From an uncultured Poribacteria bacterium (lineage in GTDB: Bacteria; Poribacteria; WGA-4E; WGA-3G), in contig CATQHZ020000001.1 of NCBI GenBank assembly GCA_958296135.2, positions 672,001 to 736,000 on the forward strand: a stretch of 64,000 nt of DNA, written 5' to 3'. Under the pieces are notes generated by a model. That model was not told the origin of the DNA, did no database searches, and worked only from the letters and a program-made list of their open reading frames with translations. The translations under genes and the position numbers were made by a program. Of this stretch, positions 20,274-31,324 are shown piece by piece (position 1 is the stretch's first letter; every line of letters starts with the position of its first letter).

Positions 20274-21458
20274 ATGAACATCCACGAATATCAAGCAAAA
20301 GAAATCCTGAAATCCCACGGAGTCAGCATGCCACCCGGCGGTGTCGCCGAGGCACCGGACGAAGCAGAAACTGTCGCACGGGAGCTCGGCTGTGCCCAGT
20401 TCATCGTGAAGGCGCAGATTCATGCCGGTGGCCGCGGAAAGGGCGGCGGCATAAAATTGGCTAAAACACCCGCCGAAGTCCGACAACAAGCAGAAAATAT
20501 CCTCGGCATGCAACTTATCACGCCGCAGACGGGACCGGAAGGGAAACTCGTCCGGCAGGTGCTTGTCACCGAAGCGGTGCACTTAGATAAAGAGTTCTAC
20601 CTCGCCATCCTCGTTGACAGAGAGATTTCGCAGCTCGCTTTAATCGGGTGCGCCGAAGGGGGCATCAACATCGAAGAAGTCGCGGCGCAGACTCCCGAAA
20701 AGATTATTCGGACACAACTCGATCCGGCGTTCGGATTAACGCCATTTCAAGCGCGGCAGTTTGCGTATCGGCTCATCACTGACGAAGCCTATCGCGAACT
20801 CATCCCGAAGGCAACGCAACTCATCCTGTCGCTTTACGATGCCTTTACCGCATGCGATTGCTCGCTCGTGGAGATTAACCCGTTGGCGATTGTTAAAACG
20901 GGCGATGGACTGGACATCGCCGCTGTCGATGCCAAGGTGAACCTTGACGATAACGCGCTTTGGCGGCACCCAGAGCTCGCTGCGATGCGCGACCCGCACG
21001 AAGAAGACGCTCGCGAATTGGAGGCAAGCGAATCCGGTCTCAGTTATATTCGGCTTGATGGCAATATCGGGTGCATGGTGAACGGTGCCGGGCTCGCCAT
21101 GGCGACGATGGACATTATCAAACAGCACGGCGGAGAGCCGGCGAATTTCTTGGATGTCGGCGGCGGTGCTTCGACAGAGGCAGTCGCGCACGCCTTCCGC
21201 CTCATCCTCGCCGATGAGAACGTCAAGGCGGTGCTCGTCAACATTTTCGGCGGTATCATGAAATGCGACACGATTGCGAACGGTATCGTTGAGGCAGCCA
21301 AGCAGGTTTCGCTCAATGTGCCATTGGTGGTGCGGTTGGAAGGCACGAACGTGGAACTCGGCAAACAGATTATCGCCGATTCAGAGATGAACGTTCAATC
21401 AGCGGAGGGGCTTGCGGATGCGGCGCAATTGGCTGTGGCGGCGGCGACTGCAGCCTAA
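20274..21458 (+). CDS. sucC: Succinyl-CoA synthetase beta subunit
   Basis: MNIHEYQAK, KAQIHAGGRGKGGG, GNIGCMVNGAGLAMATMD, NFLDVGGGA. Confidence 0.98.
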   Translation: MNIHEYQAKEILKSHGVSMPPGGVAEAPDEAETVARELGCAQFIVKAQIHAGGRGKGGGIKLAKTPAEVRQQAENILGMQLITPQTGPEGKLVRQVLVTEAVHLDKEFYLAILVDREISQLALIGCAEGGINIEEVAAQTPEKIIRTQLDPAFGLTPFQARQFAYRLITDEAYRELIPKATQLILSLYDAFTACDCSLVEINPLAIVKTGDGLDIAAVDAKVNLDDNALWRHPELAAMRDPHEEDARELEASESGLSYIRLDGNIGCMVNGAGLAMATMDIIKQHGGEPANFLDVGGGASTEAVAHAFRLILADENVKAVLVNIFGGIMKCDTIANGIVEAAKQVSLNVPLVVRLEGTNVELGKQIIADSEMNVQSAEGLADAAQLAVAAATAA

Positions 21459-21801
21459 AGGAGAAAGCCAGCGAGACGCGGGAGGGTGCTCCTACTGAGA
21501 AAGCCATCGAGACCAGGAGGGCTCTCCTACTGGGAAGAAGGAGCATCGAGACAGGGAGATCTCTCCTACTGAGAAAGCCAGCGAGACCAGGAGGTCTCTC
21601 CTACTGAGAAAGCTATCGAGACCAGGAGGGCTCTCCTACTGGGACATCGGGACAGATAGCATTACGGATAAACGCTGCGGCGACTGCAGCCTAAAGGAGA
21701 AAGCCATCGAGACGCGGGAGGGCTCTCCTACTGAGAAAGCCAGCGAGACGCGGGGGGGCTCTCCTACCGGGACATCGGGACAGATAGCATTATGGATAAA
21801 C
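21441..21801. repeat. Array of seven ~35-bp REP-like units (family D) within a duplicated sucC-pgk junction
   Basis: Units gagaaagcca-cgagac--ggagggctctcctact at 21461, 21497, 21532, 21571, 21606, 21697 and 21733; the sucC end and the pgk start each occur twice. Confidence 0.93.
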
Positions 21802-22973
21802 TGGGATTAAGCGATGTAGATGTTTCAGGGAAGCGGGTGCTGGTGCGCGTGGATTTCAATGTGCCAATGAAAGATGGACACATCACCGATGAAACCCGTA
21901 TCACCGCGGCGCTGCCGACGCTCTTGGAACTCATCAATCGGAACGCGAAAATCGTCCTCGTGACGCACTTGGGGAGACCGGCGGGGAGAACGCCTGCACT
22001 CTCCACAGCCCCCCTCGCCGAGGCACTCAGTAAGCGGCTTGGCAGGCGCGTCGCGCACGTCGGCGATTGCATCGGCGAAGCAGTGCAAAATGCCACCGCG
22101 TCGTTGGAAGATGGCGATGTCCTGCTCCTTGAGAACATCCGTTTCTATGCAGAAGAGACAGCCAACGATGCCGAATTTGCGAAACAACTTGCTTCCTGCG
22201 CGGACGTTTACGTCAACGATGCGTTCGGCACGGCGCATCGCGCCCATGCCTCAACGGAAGGCGTGACGCACTACCTGAACCCATGCGCCGCCGGTTTCTT
22301 GATGGCGCGCGAAATTTATTATCTTAGCACAACTCTGGATAACCCCGAACGTCCTTATGTTGCCATCCTCGGTGGTGCGAAGATATCGGACAAAATTACG
22401 CTGATTGAGAATTTGCTAGGCAACGTGGATAGCCTTCTGATTGGCGGCGGCATGGCCTACACGTTCTTCGCGGCGATGGGGCTGCCTGTCGGCGATTCGC
22501 TCGTTGAAACGGAGAAACTTGACGTTGCGAAATCGCTTATTGAACAGGACCGGTTTGCTAACACCGTCCTCCTACCGCTGGACAACATTGTCGGTAGCGC
22601 GTTTCACGCGGAAACCGAATCCCAACTTGCTTACAGCGGGCATATCCCCGATGGTTGGCAAGGCATGGACATCGGTTCGCAGACGGTTGATGCCTTCGGT
22701 GAAGCGATAGCCGCCGCCAAAACCGTAGTCTGGAACGGCCCACTCGGTGTCTACGAATTTGAGCGGTTCGCGCAAGGCACTATTGCCGTCGCCAAGCGTA
22801 TCGCCGAATCCGACGCAATGAGCATCATCGGCGGTGGCGACTGCGTCGCGGCAATCCAACAGGCGGGCGTTGCCAACAAGATGACGCATATCTCCACAGG
22901 CGGCGGAGCCTCTCTTGAGTTTTTGGAGGGCAGACCGCTCCCCGGCATCGCCGCGTTAACAGACAAACGATGA
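21792..22973 (+). CDS. pgk: Phosphoglycerate kinase
   Basis: [50 protein letters not shown]. Confidence 0.98.
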   Translation: MDKLGLSDVDVSGKRVLVRVDFNVPMKDGHITDETRITAALPTLLELINRNAKIVLVTHLGRPAGRTPALSTAPLAEALSKRLGRRVAHVGDCIGEAVQNATASLEDGDVLLLENIRFYAEETANDAEFAKQLASCADVYVNDAFGTAHRAHASTEGVTHYLNPCAAGFLMAREIYYLSTTLDNPERPYVAILGGAKISDKITLIENLLGNVDSLLIGGGMAYTFFAAMGLPVGDSLVETEKLDVAKSLIEQDRFANTVLLPLDNIVGSAFHAETESQLAYSGHIPDGWQGMDIGSQTVDAFGEAIAAAKTVVWNGPLGVYEFERFAQGTIAVAKRIAESDAMSIIGGGDCVAAIQQAGVANKMTHISTGGGASLEFLEGRPLPGIAALTDKR

Positions 22974-23080
22974 AGCCACTAATCAAAAACCGAGCTTACG
23001 CCAACGGCGTAAGCGGCCCTGGCAAGAAAACGCTTCTGCCTCAGAAACCCTAACCGAACGCTTTGCGACAATAAAAAAGA

Positions 23081-24529
23081 ATGTTCAACAAAATTGTTCC
23101 TCGTAGTGAAGACTACGCCAAATGGTATACCCAGGTCATCCGGCAGGCGGAGATGGCGGATTACGCGCCCGTGCGCGGATGCATGGTGGTACGCCCCTAC
23201 GGCTTCGCGCTTTGGGAGAACGTTAAAGAACAACTTGACTCCCGATTTAAAGCCACCGGACACCAAAACGCAGCGTTTCCCCTTTTCATCCCGATGAGTT
23301 TCATTGAGAAGGAAGCGGAGCATGTTGAAGGTTTCAAACCCGAACTCGCCGTTGTCACACACGGCGGTGGCAAAAAGTTGGATGAACCGCTTGTCGTCCG
23401 TCCGACCTCGGAGACTATCATCGGTTATATGTATAGCCAGTGGATCCAGTCCTACCGCGACCTGCCGGTGCTCATCAACCAGTGGGCAAACGTGGTGCGG
23501 TGGGAGTTGCGGCCCCGGCTTTTCCTCCGGACGATGGAGTTTTTCTGGCAGGAAGGGCACACGGCGCACGCCACACACGCGGAAGCGAAAGAAGAAACCC
23601 TGCGCATCCTTGATATCTACACCGACTTCGCTGTCAACGAAGCCGCGATTCCGGTCATCCCCGGTCGCAAGAGTGAGAGCGAGAAGTTTCCCGGTGCGCT
23701 GACTTCCTACACCATCGAGGCGATGATGGGCGACAAGCGCGGGCTCCAAGCCGGTACCTCGCACGACCTCGGGCAAAACTTCGCCAAAGCGTTTGACATT
23801 CAATATCTGGATGCAAACCAGAAGCAGCAGCACTGCTGGACAACCAGTTGGGGTGTTAGCACTCGCATGATAGGCGCGATTATCATGGCGCACGGCGATG
23901 ACCAGGGGTTAGTGCTTCCCCCACGCCTCGCGCCGACACAACTCGTCATCGTCCCAATCACGCCGAAAAACCGAGAGGACGACAAGCAAGCTGTCATGGA
24001 TGCGGTTGCCAAAATCTGCGAAACGTTAGACGGCGTTCGGTATCACGTTGACGATAGGCATGACTACTCTCCCGGCTGGCGATTCAACGAGTGGGAGCTC
24101 AAAGGTGTGCCACTGCGCATCGAGATTGGCCCCCGAGACTTGCAGAAAGACCAGGTTGTCCTCGCACGGCGCGATATCCTCGGCCGCGATGGCCCCCGCG
24201 GTGGAAAAACGTTTGTCGCCATCGACAACGTTGCCAACGAGGTGAAGCAGATGCTTGACACCATTCAAGCCGATATGCTGAAACGGGCGACAGCCTTCCG
24301 CGATGCGAACACTTTTGAACCTACCTCTTATGAAGCGTTTCAGGAGGTTGTGGAGGAAGGATTCGCGCGCGCGTGGTGGTGCGGGGACGAAGCGTGCGAA
24401 GCCAAGGTAAAAGAGGACACGCAGGCAACTATTCGATGCGTCCCGATTGCGCAACCTGATGGGGCGGGGCACTGCATCGTCTGCGGTGCAGCTGCCGAGG
24501 AAATCGCCATTTTCGCGCGTGCGTATTAG
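23081..24529 (+). CDS. proS: Proline--tRNA ligase (archaeal/eukaryotic-like type, no editing insertion)
   Basis: VRPTSET, NQWANVVRWE, FLRT-EFFWQEGHTAH, QAGTSHDLGQNF, C-terminal Zn-binding domain ending FARAY. Confidence 0.97.
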   Translation: MFNKIVPRSEDYAKWYTQVIRQAEMADYAPVRGCMVVRPYGFALWENVKEQLDSRFKATGHQNAAFPLFIPMSFIEKEAEHVEGFKPELAVVTHGGGKKLDEPLVVRPTSETIIGYMYSQWIQSYRDLPVLINQWANVVRWELRPRLFLRTMEFFWQEGHTAHATHAEAKEETLRILDIYTDFAVNEAAIPVIPGRKSESEKFPGALTSYTIEAMMGDKRGLQAGTSHDLGQNFAKAFDIQYLDANQKQQHCWTTSWGVSTRMIGAIIMAHGDDQGLVLPPRLAPTQLVIVPITPKNREDDKQAVMDAVAKICETLDGVRYHVDDRHDYSPGWRFNEWELKGVPLRIEIGPRDLQKDQVVLARRDILGRDGPRGGKTFVAIDNVANEVKQMLDTIQADMLKRATAFRDANTFEPTSYEAFQEVVEEGFARAWWCGDEACEAKVKEDTQATIRCVPIAQPDGAGHCIVCGAAAEEIAIFARAY

Positions 24530-24553
24530 ATTTTTCGTTGTTAGGGATGTTAT

Positions 24554-25453
24554 ATGAGCATACTTGTTAACAAATACACAAAAGTCATCGTTCAGGGTAT
24601 CACTGGGAGTTCCGGACGTTTCCATACCGAGCAGTGCGCTGCTTACGGCACCCAGGTCGTTGCGGGTGCTGTGCCGGGCAGAGGCGGTTCCGATGTCAAC
24701 GGCATCCCGGTTTTCGATACTGTCGCCGAAGGGGTTGCGGCAACCGGGGCGAACACCTCCATGATTCTCGTCCCCGCGCGATTCGCCGCCGATTCGGTGA
24801 TGGAGGCCGCTGCTGCGGGTGTCAATCTGATCGTCTGTATCTCCGAACACATCCCGGTTCTGGATATGGTGAGAGCGAAAGCGTATTTAGCGCGTTTCCA
24901 AGGCGCGCCTACCGGTGCTGCCCCGCGCCTCATCGGGCCGAACTGCCCCGGGATTATTACCCCTGGCGAGTGCAAAATCGGTGTGATGCCGGCGTTTGCC
25001 TATAGTCGCGGCAACGTTGGCATCGTCTCTCGGAGCGGCACGCTGACGTACGAGGCGGCATTCCAACTCAAGCAGCTCGGTATCGGGCAGTCGACCTGTG
25101 TTGGTATCGGCGGCGATCCGGTTATCGGCACAAACTTCGTTGATGTTCTCCAACTTTTCGAGGCTGATGCCGAGACGCACGCCGTTGTGATGATTGGCGA
25201 AATCGGCGGTTCGGCAGAAGAGACAGCGGCGGCGTTCGTGAAGGCGAAAATGTCGAAGCCGGTCGTCGGCTTTATTGCGGGACAAACCGCGCCGTCCGGC
25301 AAACGGATGGGCCATGCAGGCGCGATTATCTCCGGCGGAAAAGGCACGGCAGCCGAGAAAATCGCGGCCCTTGAGAATGCCGACATCGTCGTCGCAGAAA
25401 GCCTCGCCACCATTGGGCACACCGTTGCAAGCGTTTTGGCTAATGTTGCTTGA
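24554..25453 (+). CDS. sucD: Succinyl-CoA synthetase alpha subunit
   Basis: [33 protein letters not shown] (phospho-His motif). Confidence 0.98.
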   Translation: MSILVNKYTKVIVQGITGSSGRFHTEQCAAYGTQVVAGAVPGRGGSDVNGIPVFDTVAEGVAATGANTSMILVPARFAADSVMEAAAAGVNLIVCISEHIPVLDMVRAKAYLARFQGAPTGAAPRLIGPNCPGIITPGECKIGVMPAFAYSRGNVGIVSRSGTLTYEAAFQLKQLGIGQSTCVGIGGDPVIGTNFVDVLQLFEADAETHAVVMIGEIGGSAEETAAAFVKAKMSKPVVGFIAGQTAPSGKRMGHAGAIISGGKGTAAEKIAALENADIVVAESLATIGHTVASVLANVA

Positions 25454-25542
25454 ATCGTTTCGTCTAACTTTGTCATCTCTGCAGCCTCGCTGCAGCGATG
25501 TCCACTGTCCTTCGCCGGGCCCCAGTCTTCGCAAAACAGCTA

Positions 25543-26445
25543 ATGAAAAAAGACATCCGTTTTCTGCACACCAAGAAACAGCGGCGTGAACCCATCACCG
25601 TGCTAACCTGCTACGATTATCCCACCGCCTGCCTGCAAGACAAAGCCGGGATTGACATCATCTTTGTCGGTGATAGCGTCGGCACGAATGTGCTCGGCTA
25701 CCAGCACGAGACAGAGGTGACGATGGGGGATATGCTCCATCACCTGAAAGCGGTGCGCCGTGGGGTGACGGATGCCTATCTCCTCGTTGACATGCCTTAC
25801 GCCGCTTTTCAATCCGCTGCACAAACGGGTGGATATAGAAATCCGCCCTTACAAGCGTCTAATTTGAGCCCATCCGTTCCTGAGCCGGCAGACCCGGTTA
25901 TTGCCAACGCGCGCCGTTTTCTATCGCACGGCGCGAATGGCGTTAAATTGGAGGGCGGCGTTGAAAAAGTGCCGATTATCGCCGCGTTAACCGAAGCCGG
26001 TATGGAGACATGCGCGCATATCGGGCATAATCCGCAAATCCACGGCACCAAAGCCGCCACGCACGGAAAAACGGTGGCGAAAGCGAAACACCTCATCGAA
26101 ACCGCTATTGCCCTCGCAGACGCTGGCGCGAAACTCATCGTGCTCGAAAAAGTCACTGAAGAGGTAAGTCAACTCATCACGGAAGCCGTGCCTATCCCGA
26201 CTATCGGCATCGGCGCGGGGCGGTTTTGCGATGGACAGGTGCTGGTAATCAACGATGTGTTAGGTATGGGCCCAGCCTTCAAGCATGCCAAGCGGTATCA
26301 GGAATATGACAGCCTGACGTTTGAGGCTATTTGCCAATACAAACAGGAGGTTGAAGGTGGTGATTTCCCAACGGATGCCAATGCGGCGCACCTTGCCCCT
26401 GATAAATTGGCGCGGGTGCAGAAGTGGTTGGCATTGCGGCATTAA
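25543..26445 (+). CDS. panB: 3-methyl-2-oxobutanoate hydroxymethyltransferase, with internal insertion
   Basis: LTCYD, FVGDSVG, DMPY, VKLEGG, PTIGIGAG--CDGQVLV--D. Confidence 0.95.
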   Translation: MKKDIRFLHTKKQRREPITVLTCYDYPTACLQDKAGIDIIFVGDSVGTNVLGYQHETEVTMGDMLHHLKAVRRGVTDAYLLVDMPYAAFQSAAQTGGYRNPPLQASNLSPSVPEPADPVIANARRFLSHGANGVKLEGGVEKVPIIAALTEAGMETCAHIGHNPQIHGTKAATHGKTVAKAKHLIETAIALADAGAKLIVLEKVTEEVSQLITEAVPIPTIGIGAGRFCDGQVLVINDVLGMGPAFKHAKRYQEYDSLTFEAICQYKQEVEGGDFPTDANAAHLAPDKLARVQKWLALRH

Positions 26446-26517
26446 TCCCAAACAAGACTTTATGTAAGGCCTCTTGCGATGCGGTTTCCAACGCTTGAAG
26501 AGGCGCACCCGGAAAAA

Positions 26518-27081
26518 TCAACATCCCAGAAAATTCCGCAACACATCCTTCCCTGCCACCGTCAGGATAGACTCCGGATGAAACTGCACACCCCAGACAG
26601 GCAGCGTCTTATGCCGGAGCCCCATGATTTCATCCTGCTCTGTCCACGCCGTGATTTTCAGGCATGCCGGCAACGTATCCCTTTTCACGATGAGCGAGTG
26701 GTAACGCGTCGCCTCAAACGGATTGTCTAAGCCTTCAAACAACTCCGCGCCATCATGCGCTACGGGGGAAGTTTTGCCGTGCATCAGCCGGGCTGCGCGG
26801 ACTACCTCGCCGCCGAATACCTCGCCGATGCACTGATGCCCCAGGCAGACACCTAAAATCGGCACTTTGCCCGCAAAATGTCGGATGACATCGTTGGAGA
26901 TGCCCGCTTCTGTCGGTGTGCAGGGCCCTGGGGAAATGACGATGCGTTCCGGTGCGAGCGCGTCCAATTCATCAAGTGTCACCTTGCGGCTCCGATGCAC
27001 CTGCAATTCCGCGCCGAGTTCACCAAGGTACTGCACGAGGTTATAGGTAAATGAGTCATAGTTGTCAATCATCAAGACCAC
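26518..27081 (-). CDS. trpG: Anthranilate synthase component II / PabA glutamine amidotransferase
   Basis: [36 protein letters not shown]. Confidence 0.9.
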   Translation of the reverse strand: MVLMIDNYDSFTYNLVQYLGELGAELQVHRSRKVTLDELDALAPERIVISPGPCTPTEAGISNDVIRHFAGKVPILGVCLGHQCIGEVFGGEVVRAARLMHGKTSPVAHDGAELFEGLDNPFEATRYHSLIVKRDTLPACLKITAWTEQDEIMGLRHKTLPVWGVQFHPESILTVAGKDVLRNFLGC

Positions 27082-27148
27082 GGTTTTTCTCCTTTCATCG
27101 TAAGTTAACTTCTGTCGTTCGGGTTAGAATCAGTCGAGCCGGTTTGTG

Positions 27149-30100
27149 CTATACCTCATCAATGGCTTGCATGACGCGCAACGTCTCCGCTACCGATGCA
27201 AGCACCTGACGATACTGACGGATATCTGCATGCGTCAACGCCTCACCCCGCCGGTCGCGCAGCCACTTTTCGCAGACTTGATACGAACCTATCTCAAATG
27301 CCCACACCGCCGATGGCACCTCCGAGAAAGACTGCGTCCGATTTATCCAGACGCGCCCCTCGCGGTATTGCACGCGGGCGACAACGCTGTCGCCTTCTCC
27401 CTCAAATCGGGAAGTTGTACTCGGGTGCTCGCGCCTACCGAGGTGCGCGTCGATTAAGATGTGCCCGAGCCCCGCGAGTTTTTGGAACTGCGTCATATCT
27501 GTCGGCAAGGGGATGCGCGGGAAGTCGTATCTCAGGAATTCGGCATACCGTTCGCGATAAGCCGGACTGTGCAAAACGGCGTAGATATAGGCGAGGATGT
27601 CCTCCGGCGAGATGCCTTCGGGGAGTCCAAATTGCGCTGTCCGCGGCCCGCCGAGTTTCTCGGCGAGAGCCTTGAGAAAGGCAGGCGTTAAATTGAGTGC
27701 CCGTTCTCTCGCCAATTCCAACTCTTCTGGATGTGGATAAAGATAGAGCGGGAACACATAGCCGGATTCACTCGGCTTATTTGAAAGATAACACTTATCC
27801 GAAATCTTGTCAGTTACCAAAGCGTGTTGCCAGACAGGAATTGTGACAATACGACACGTGCAAAGCGCGAGGTTTTGCCCGGCGAGTAGATGGTGCATAA
27901 TGTTGCGGGCAGGCGTGCTATAAAACCCGCGTGACTGCCCGGTGTAGTAAGTGAAACGGGAGTCAAAAGCGCGATAGCCGGCACTCACGACGTACTCGTC
28001 TTTGGGGGAATAATGGGTTACGGAATCTCCTGTTTTGGCATCGCAATGCGCGCGGAGGTCTGCTTGTGCCGAATGCACCTTCCAATCGCGTCCATCCCGG
28101 CCCAAGTTATATCTGGCGCGTGCTTCTGCCTCTGAAAGTGGTGCGAAATCGGCTACCGTCTGACGAACGGCTTCCTCCGTGCGATGCATGGTTAATTTAT
28201 CCCGCGATGTCACGAACCCAACCGAGCGTTCTTGAAAGATGTCGGTGACGCGCCAGCCGTTCTCATATTCCGCCTTGTGTTCAGTGCGCTGCGGCACGAA
28301 GAGGTAAAGCGGCGAAGAAGGATGGAGTTCCTCCCAATCGGTGCTCAGGACATCCGAGGATGCCAGCACACGATACTTTTCCTCGCGGCTCCCCCACATA
28401 TCCGCGTAATAGACTTTCGCAGGTGCCGGATTGCCCCGCTCTTTCACGCACAACAAGATAGATACCCCTTGTTGGATGTCAAAGACGTTTTCGTTACTTT
28501 GCCCATCAGGCACAGCCTCTGTCCTTCTGCTGTTTCCGTGCAAATTGAGAAGGTAAATCGCGTTGAAACTGTCGATCAAGCTATACCGCATCCCGCGAGG
28601 AATAGGACCATCAAGGAAACTATGGTTCACAATATAGCCCACAACCCCTTCGCCATTTTGTTCAATCCGCCACTGCGCCCAGCGGATAAACTTAACACAG
28701 TCACCTTGAAGGACTGTGGTACTCCTCTCGGACAGCGGCCGCCCTTCCACGCGTTTGTAATCCTCAATGAGTCTGCCGATAAAGGTGAATTCCCCATGCC
28801 TATTACGACTCAGGTTCGCGGAGTTCTCGGGATAAGGCGGATTGCCGACGATGACGAGCAGCGGCAAATCCCGTTTCACGGAGACCGCGGCGTTTGCCTC
28901 ATCGGTGAGGAATTCGGCGAAGATATGCCCCTCGCGTTCGACCGGGGCCTCCAGCGTATTGGTGAGGTAAATGTGGAGGCGTTCGGCATCCGACGGTGTC
29001 CACCCGTGCGCTTGCAAGAAGCGGCTCAGGTTGAGATGCGCAATCGTGTAAGGCGCGACGAGCAGCTCAAACCCGAACAGCCGCGGAACGAGTGAGGTGT
29101 TCACATAGGGGGCCCACGCCGCAGCGCCGTCTGTTTCGATGACGTGTTGGCGGATGTGGTTCAGCACGGCCATGAGGAACCCGCCGGTGCCGGTGGCCGG
29201 ATCGAGGATGAGCGTGTCATTATCGGCGAGGCCGTCTTGTTTTTTCAACGCCGTTTTGAGCAGTGCATCAACGGAGCGGACGATGTAGGAAATCACGGGT
29301 TGCGGCGTGTAGTAGACCCCTCTGTCGACGCGTCGCCTCGGGTCATAGGCGGCGAGGAATGTTTCGTAGAAGTGGATAACCGGGTCTTCGGCGTGCGTGC
29401 GTGCGTCAAAAGCGGTGCGGAGCATATCGGTAGAGACGCTGCGTAAGAGCGTGGCGATTTCATCTAAAATCCACGTGACGTTGCTGTTTTGCAGCCGTCG
29501 CGCCGTGATTTGTTGGAAGAGCTCAATCAGGAACGGGTTTGAGTTTGGCAGTGCGTCGGCGGCGGTGCTGCGCGAGAAGTTGGTTGCGTTCGGGAGCGTG
29601 TATCGCGCGGCGAACAGGCCGTAGGCGAGTGTTTGCGCGTACATATCGGCGAAATCGGGGGGTGTGAGCGTTGAGAGGAGTTGTTCCTGAAACGCCTTGA
29701 ACATGCGGAAGAGCGTGCTTTCTTCGTCGGTGAGTGCGGTTGCGATTTGGGTGTGGAGTTCGCGCGTGCGTCGGGCGAGGTGCGTTGCGAGCACCTCCGG
29801 TGTCGTGATGTTCAGTGTGCCTGCGCCGAAAAAGTGATTGAGGAGGGTTTCTAGTGTATGCACCGGGGAGAGGTTCGCCGTTGCGCGCAACTGTCCCTCG
29901 GTATAAAGTCGAAATTCAAGGAAATTGGTGAGGATAAAATTATCCAAGTTTTCGATGAAGCGCGCGTTCTGTTCGCGAGCGTGTCCGGTGAGTGCGTCCA
30001 AGTTCGTGCCGAATTTCTCGGCTTCGATATAGCCGATAGGGAGCAGGCCGGCCATGGCGATGAAATCCGGTCTGCCGACTTCGAGTTGGCGCGGTTCATG

Positions 30101-30253
30101 CGTTAGCGTGATGGCATGTCCGAGGCAGGCCGCGCTCTGTTCCAAGAACGTTGTCAGGTGCCGATGGAGGGAGAGTTCCTCGGTTGCGAGCGGGCTGTCG
30201 TGCGTCTCTTGGAGTTCTCGCAGATAGGTGTGACATATTTGTTGAAAGTGCAT
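27149..30253 (-). CDS. Single-polypeptide N6-adenine DNA methyltransferase/restriction enzyme (type IIL/ISP-like, no helicase) with C-terminal LlaBIII-type specificity domain
   Basis: N-terminal RPDF...GYIEA nuclease-like motif, FYETFLAAYDP, GVYYTP, ILDPATGTGGFL (motif I), GNPPY (motif IV), YRAFD-R, YDFPRIP, IGSYQVCEKWL. Confidence 0.9.
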   Translation of the reverse strand: MHFQQICHTYLRELQETHDSPLATEELSLHRHLTTFLEQSAACLGHAITLTHEPRQLEVGRPDFIAMAGLLPIGYIEAEKFGTNLDALTGHAREQNARFIENLDNFILTNFLEFRLYTEGQLRATANLSPVHTLETLLNHFFGAGTLNITTPEVLATHLARRTRELHTQIATALTDEESTLFRMFKAFQEQLLSTLTPPDFADMYAQTLAYGLFAARYTLPNATNFSRSTAADALPNSNPFLIELFQQITARRLQNSNVTWILDEIATLLRSVSTDMLRTAFDARTHAEDPVIHFYETFLAAYDPRRRVDRGVYYTPQPVISYIVRSVDALLKTALKKQDGLADNDTLILDPATGTGGFLMAVLNHIRQHVIETDGAAAWAPYVNTSLVPRLFGFELLVAPYTIAHLNLSRFLQAHGWTPSDAERLHIYLTNTLEAPVEREGHIFAEFLTDEANAAVSVKRDLPLLVIVGNPPYPENSANLSRNRHGEFTFIGRLIEDYKRVEGRPLSERSTTVLQGDCVKFIRWAQWRIEQNGEGVVGYIVNHSFLDGPIPRGMRYSLIDSFNAIYLLNLHGNSRRTEAVPDGQSNENVFDIQQGVSILLCVKERGNPAPAKVYYADMWGSREEKYRVLASSDVLSTDWEELHPSSPLYLFVPQRTEHKAEYENGWRVTDIFQERSVGFVTSRDKLTMHRTEEAVRQTVADFAPLSEAEARARYNLGRDGRDWKVHSAQADLRAHCDAKTGDSVTHYSPKDEYVVSAGYRAFDSRFTYYTGQSRGFYSTPARNIMHHLLAGQNLALCTCRIVTIPVWQHALVTDKISDKCYLSNKPSESGYVFPLYLYPHPEELELARERALNLTPAFLKALAEKLGGPRTAQFGLPEGISPEDILAYIYAVLHSPAYRERYAEFLRYDFPRIPLPTDMTQFQKLAGLGHILIDAHLGRREHPSTTSRFEGEGDSVVARVQYREGRVWINRTQSFSEVPSAVWAFEIGSYQVCEKWLRDRRGEALTHADIRQYRQVLASVAETLRVMQAIDEV

Positions 30254-30409
30254 ATTGGTTCCAGTGCTCGTGGCGCGGGGCAAACCCTCGGCAGTTAGTG
30301 ACTGCCGGGCCCCCGCGAACTTTCTGCGGGCCCGACTCGGGCGCGGGACAGGTTTTCCCTCGCCCGACAGGCCGGGCCGGCGGGGACAGGAGGAGAGAGT
30401 CCTCTGTCC

Positions 30410-31285
30410 TTACGATTCCTCAGCGGATTTTTGCCGGTCGCGTTCAATTTGCAATTGCCGGTAGGCTTCTTTGAGTTGTGCAAGTTCCTCAAAAGCCTCG
30501 TCGGCTCGTGCGTCGGCTTGTTCGGCATCGGCTCGTGCTTGTTCGGCATCGGCTTCTGCGCGCTGCTGCGCCAGCGTCGCCCGCGCTGCTGCTGCCTCGG
30601 CACGCTCTGCTAGCGTCTCAAAGGCTTCAACCCGCTCCGCAGCCGCATCCATCGGTGTCTCTAACCACCGCAACGCAACCGGATCATAGAACCCAAAGCT
30701 ATCCCCGCGTAACCCCAGAGACAACCCTAGCGTCTCTGAAAACACTTTCCCATCCGCCTCAGGCCGAATCGCAACATAGCCGCTGCCAACAAGCCGAAAC
30801 CCCATCAACGGAGCAGGTAAATACTTACGCTCCGCATCGTAAAGGAAGTATTCCCGGACACCCAGCACTTCAGCGTAGAGTGTCTTCTTCGCACCCAGGT
30901 CGTTTTCAAACGTGCTTTTGCTCGAAAACTCTAACACGAAATCCGGGGGTTTGCCTTCTTCCCAGATTTTGTAGATGCGCCGCTGCTTCCGGGCGACACC
31001 GAACGTCACAAACACATCCGGTGCCAGCGATTTCCGGCTCTCGCCAAGGGTGTAATACATGAGCATGTTGCCAGAGACGCAGACATCGGGGATGTGCTGA
31101 AAGCGTGCGTCGAGCGTCAAGAGGGAGTCAATGAGTAGGTCGCGATGCAGTTCGGTTTCAGCCATAGGTTGTCCATCCGATTCGGGATAGTCGGTGGTAT
31201 CCTCCGTTGCGGGGTGATAAGGGCGCGGCGGCGGTGCGCCGCGGTAAGCGGGGTATATCGCTTCGGCGTGTCTATTGGTTTGCAT
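30410..31285 (-). CDS. Uma2 family (DUF820) putative endonuclease with coiled-coil tail
   Basis: YPESDGQPMAET, APDVFV, WEEGKPPDFVLEFSSKST, LGVREYFLYD; ADAEQAR repeats in the tail. Confidence 0.92.
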   Translation of the reverse strand: MQTNRHAEAIYPAYRGAPPPRPYHPATEDTTDYPESDGQPMAETELHRDLLIDSLLTLDARFQHIPDVCVSGNMLMYYTLGESRKSLAPDVFVTFGVARKQRRIYKIWEEGKPPDFVLEFSSKSTFENDLGAKKTLYAEVLGVREYFLYDAERKYLPAPLMGFRLVGSGYVAIRPEADGKVFSETLGLSLGLRGDSFGFYDPVALRWLETPMDAAAERVEAFETLAERAEAAAARATLAQQRAEADAEQARADAEQADARADEAFEELAQLKEAYRQLQIERDRQKSAEES

Positions 31286-31324
31286 TGTCGTTTCTCCTTG
31301 CGCGTCGGAATAACTCTTATGTTA

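Noticed and set aside
21461-21768. CRISPR array (35-bp periodicity)
   Set aside because: The units are contiguous degenerate REP-like copies without spacers.
22975-23080. T-box leader before proS
   Set aside because: Too short and lacks the T-box consensus; only one small hairpin (cttacgcc/ggcgtaag).
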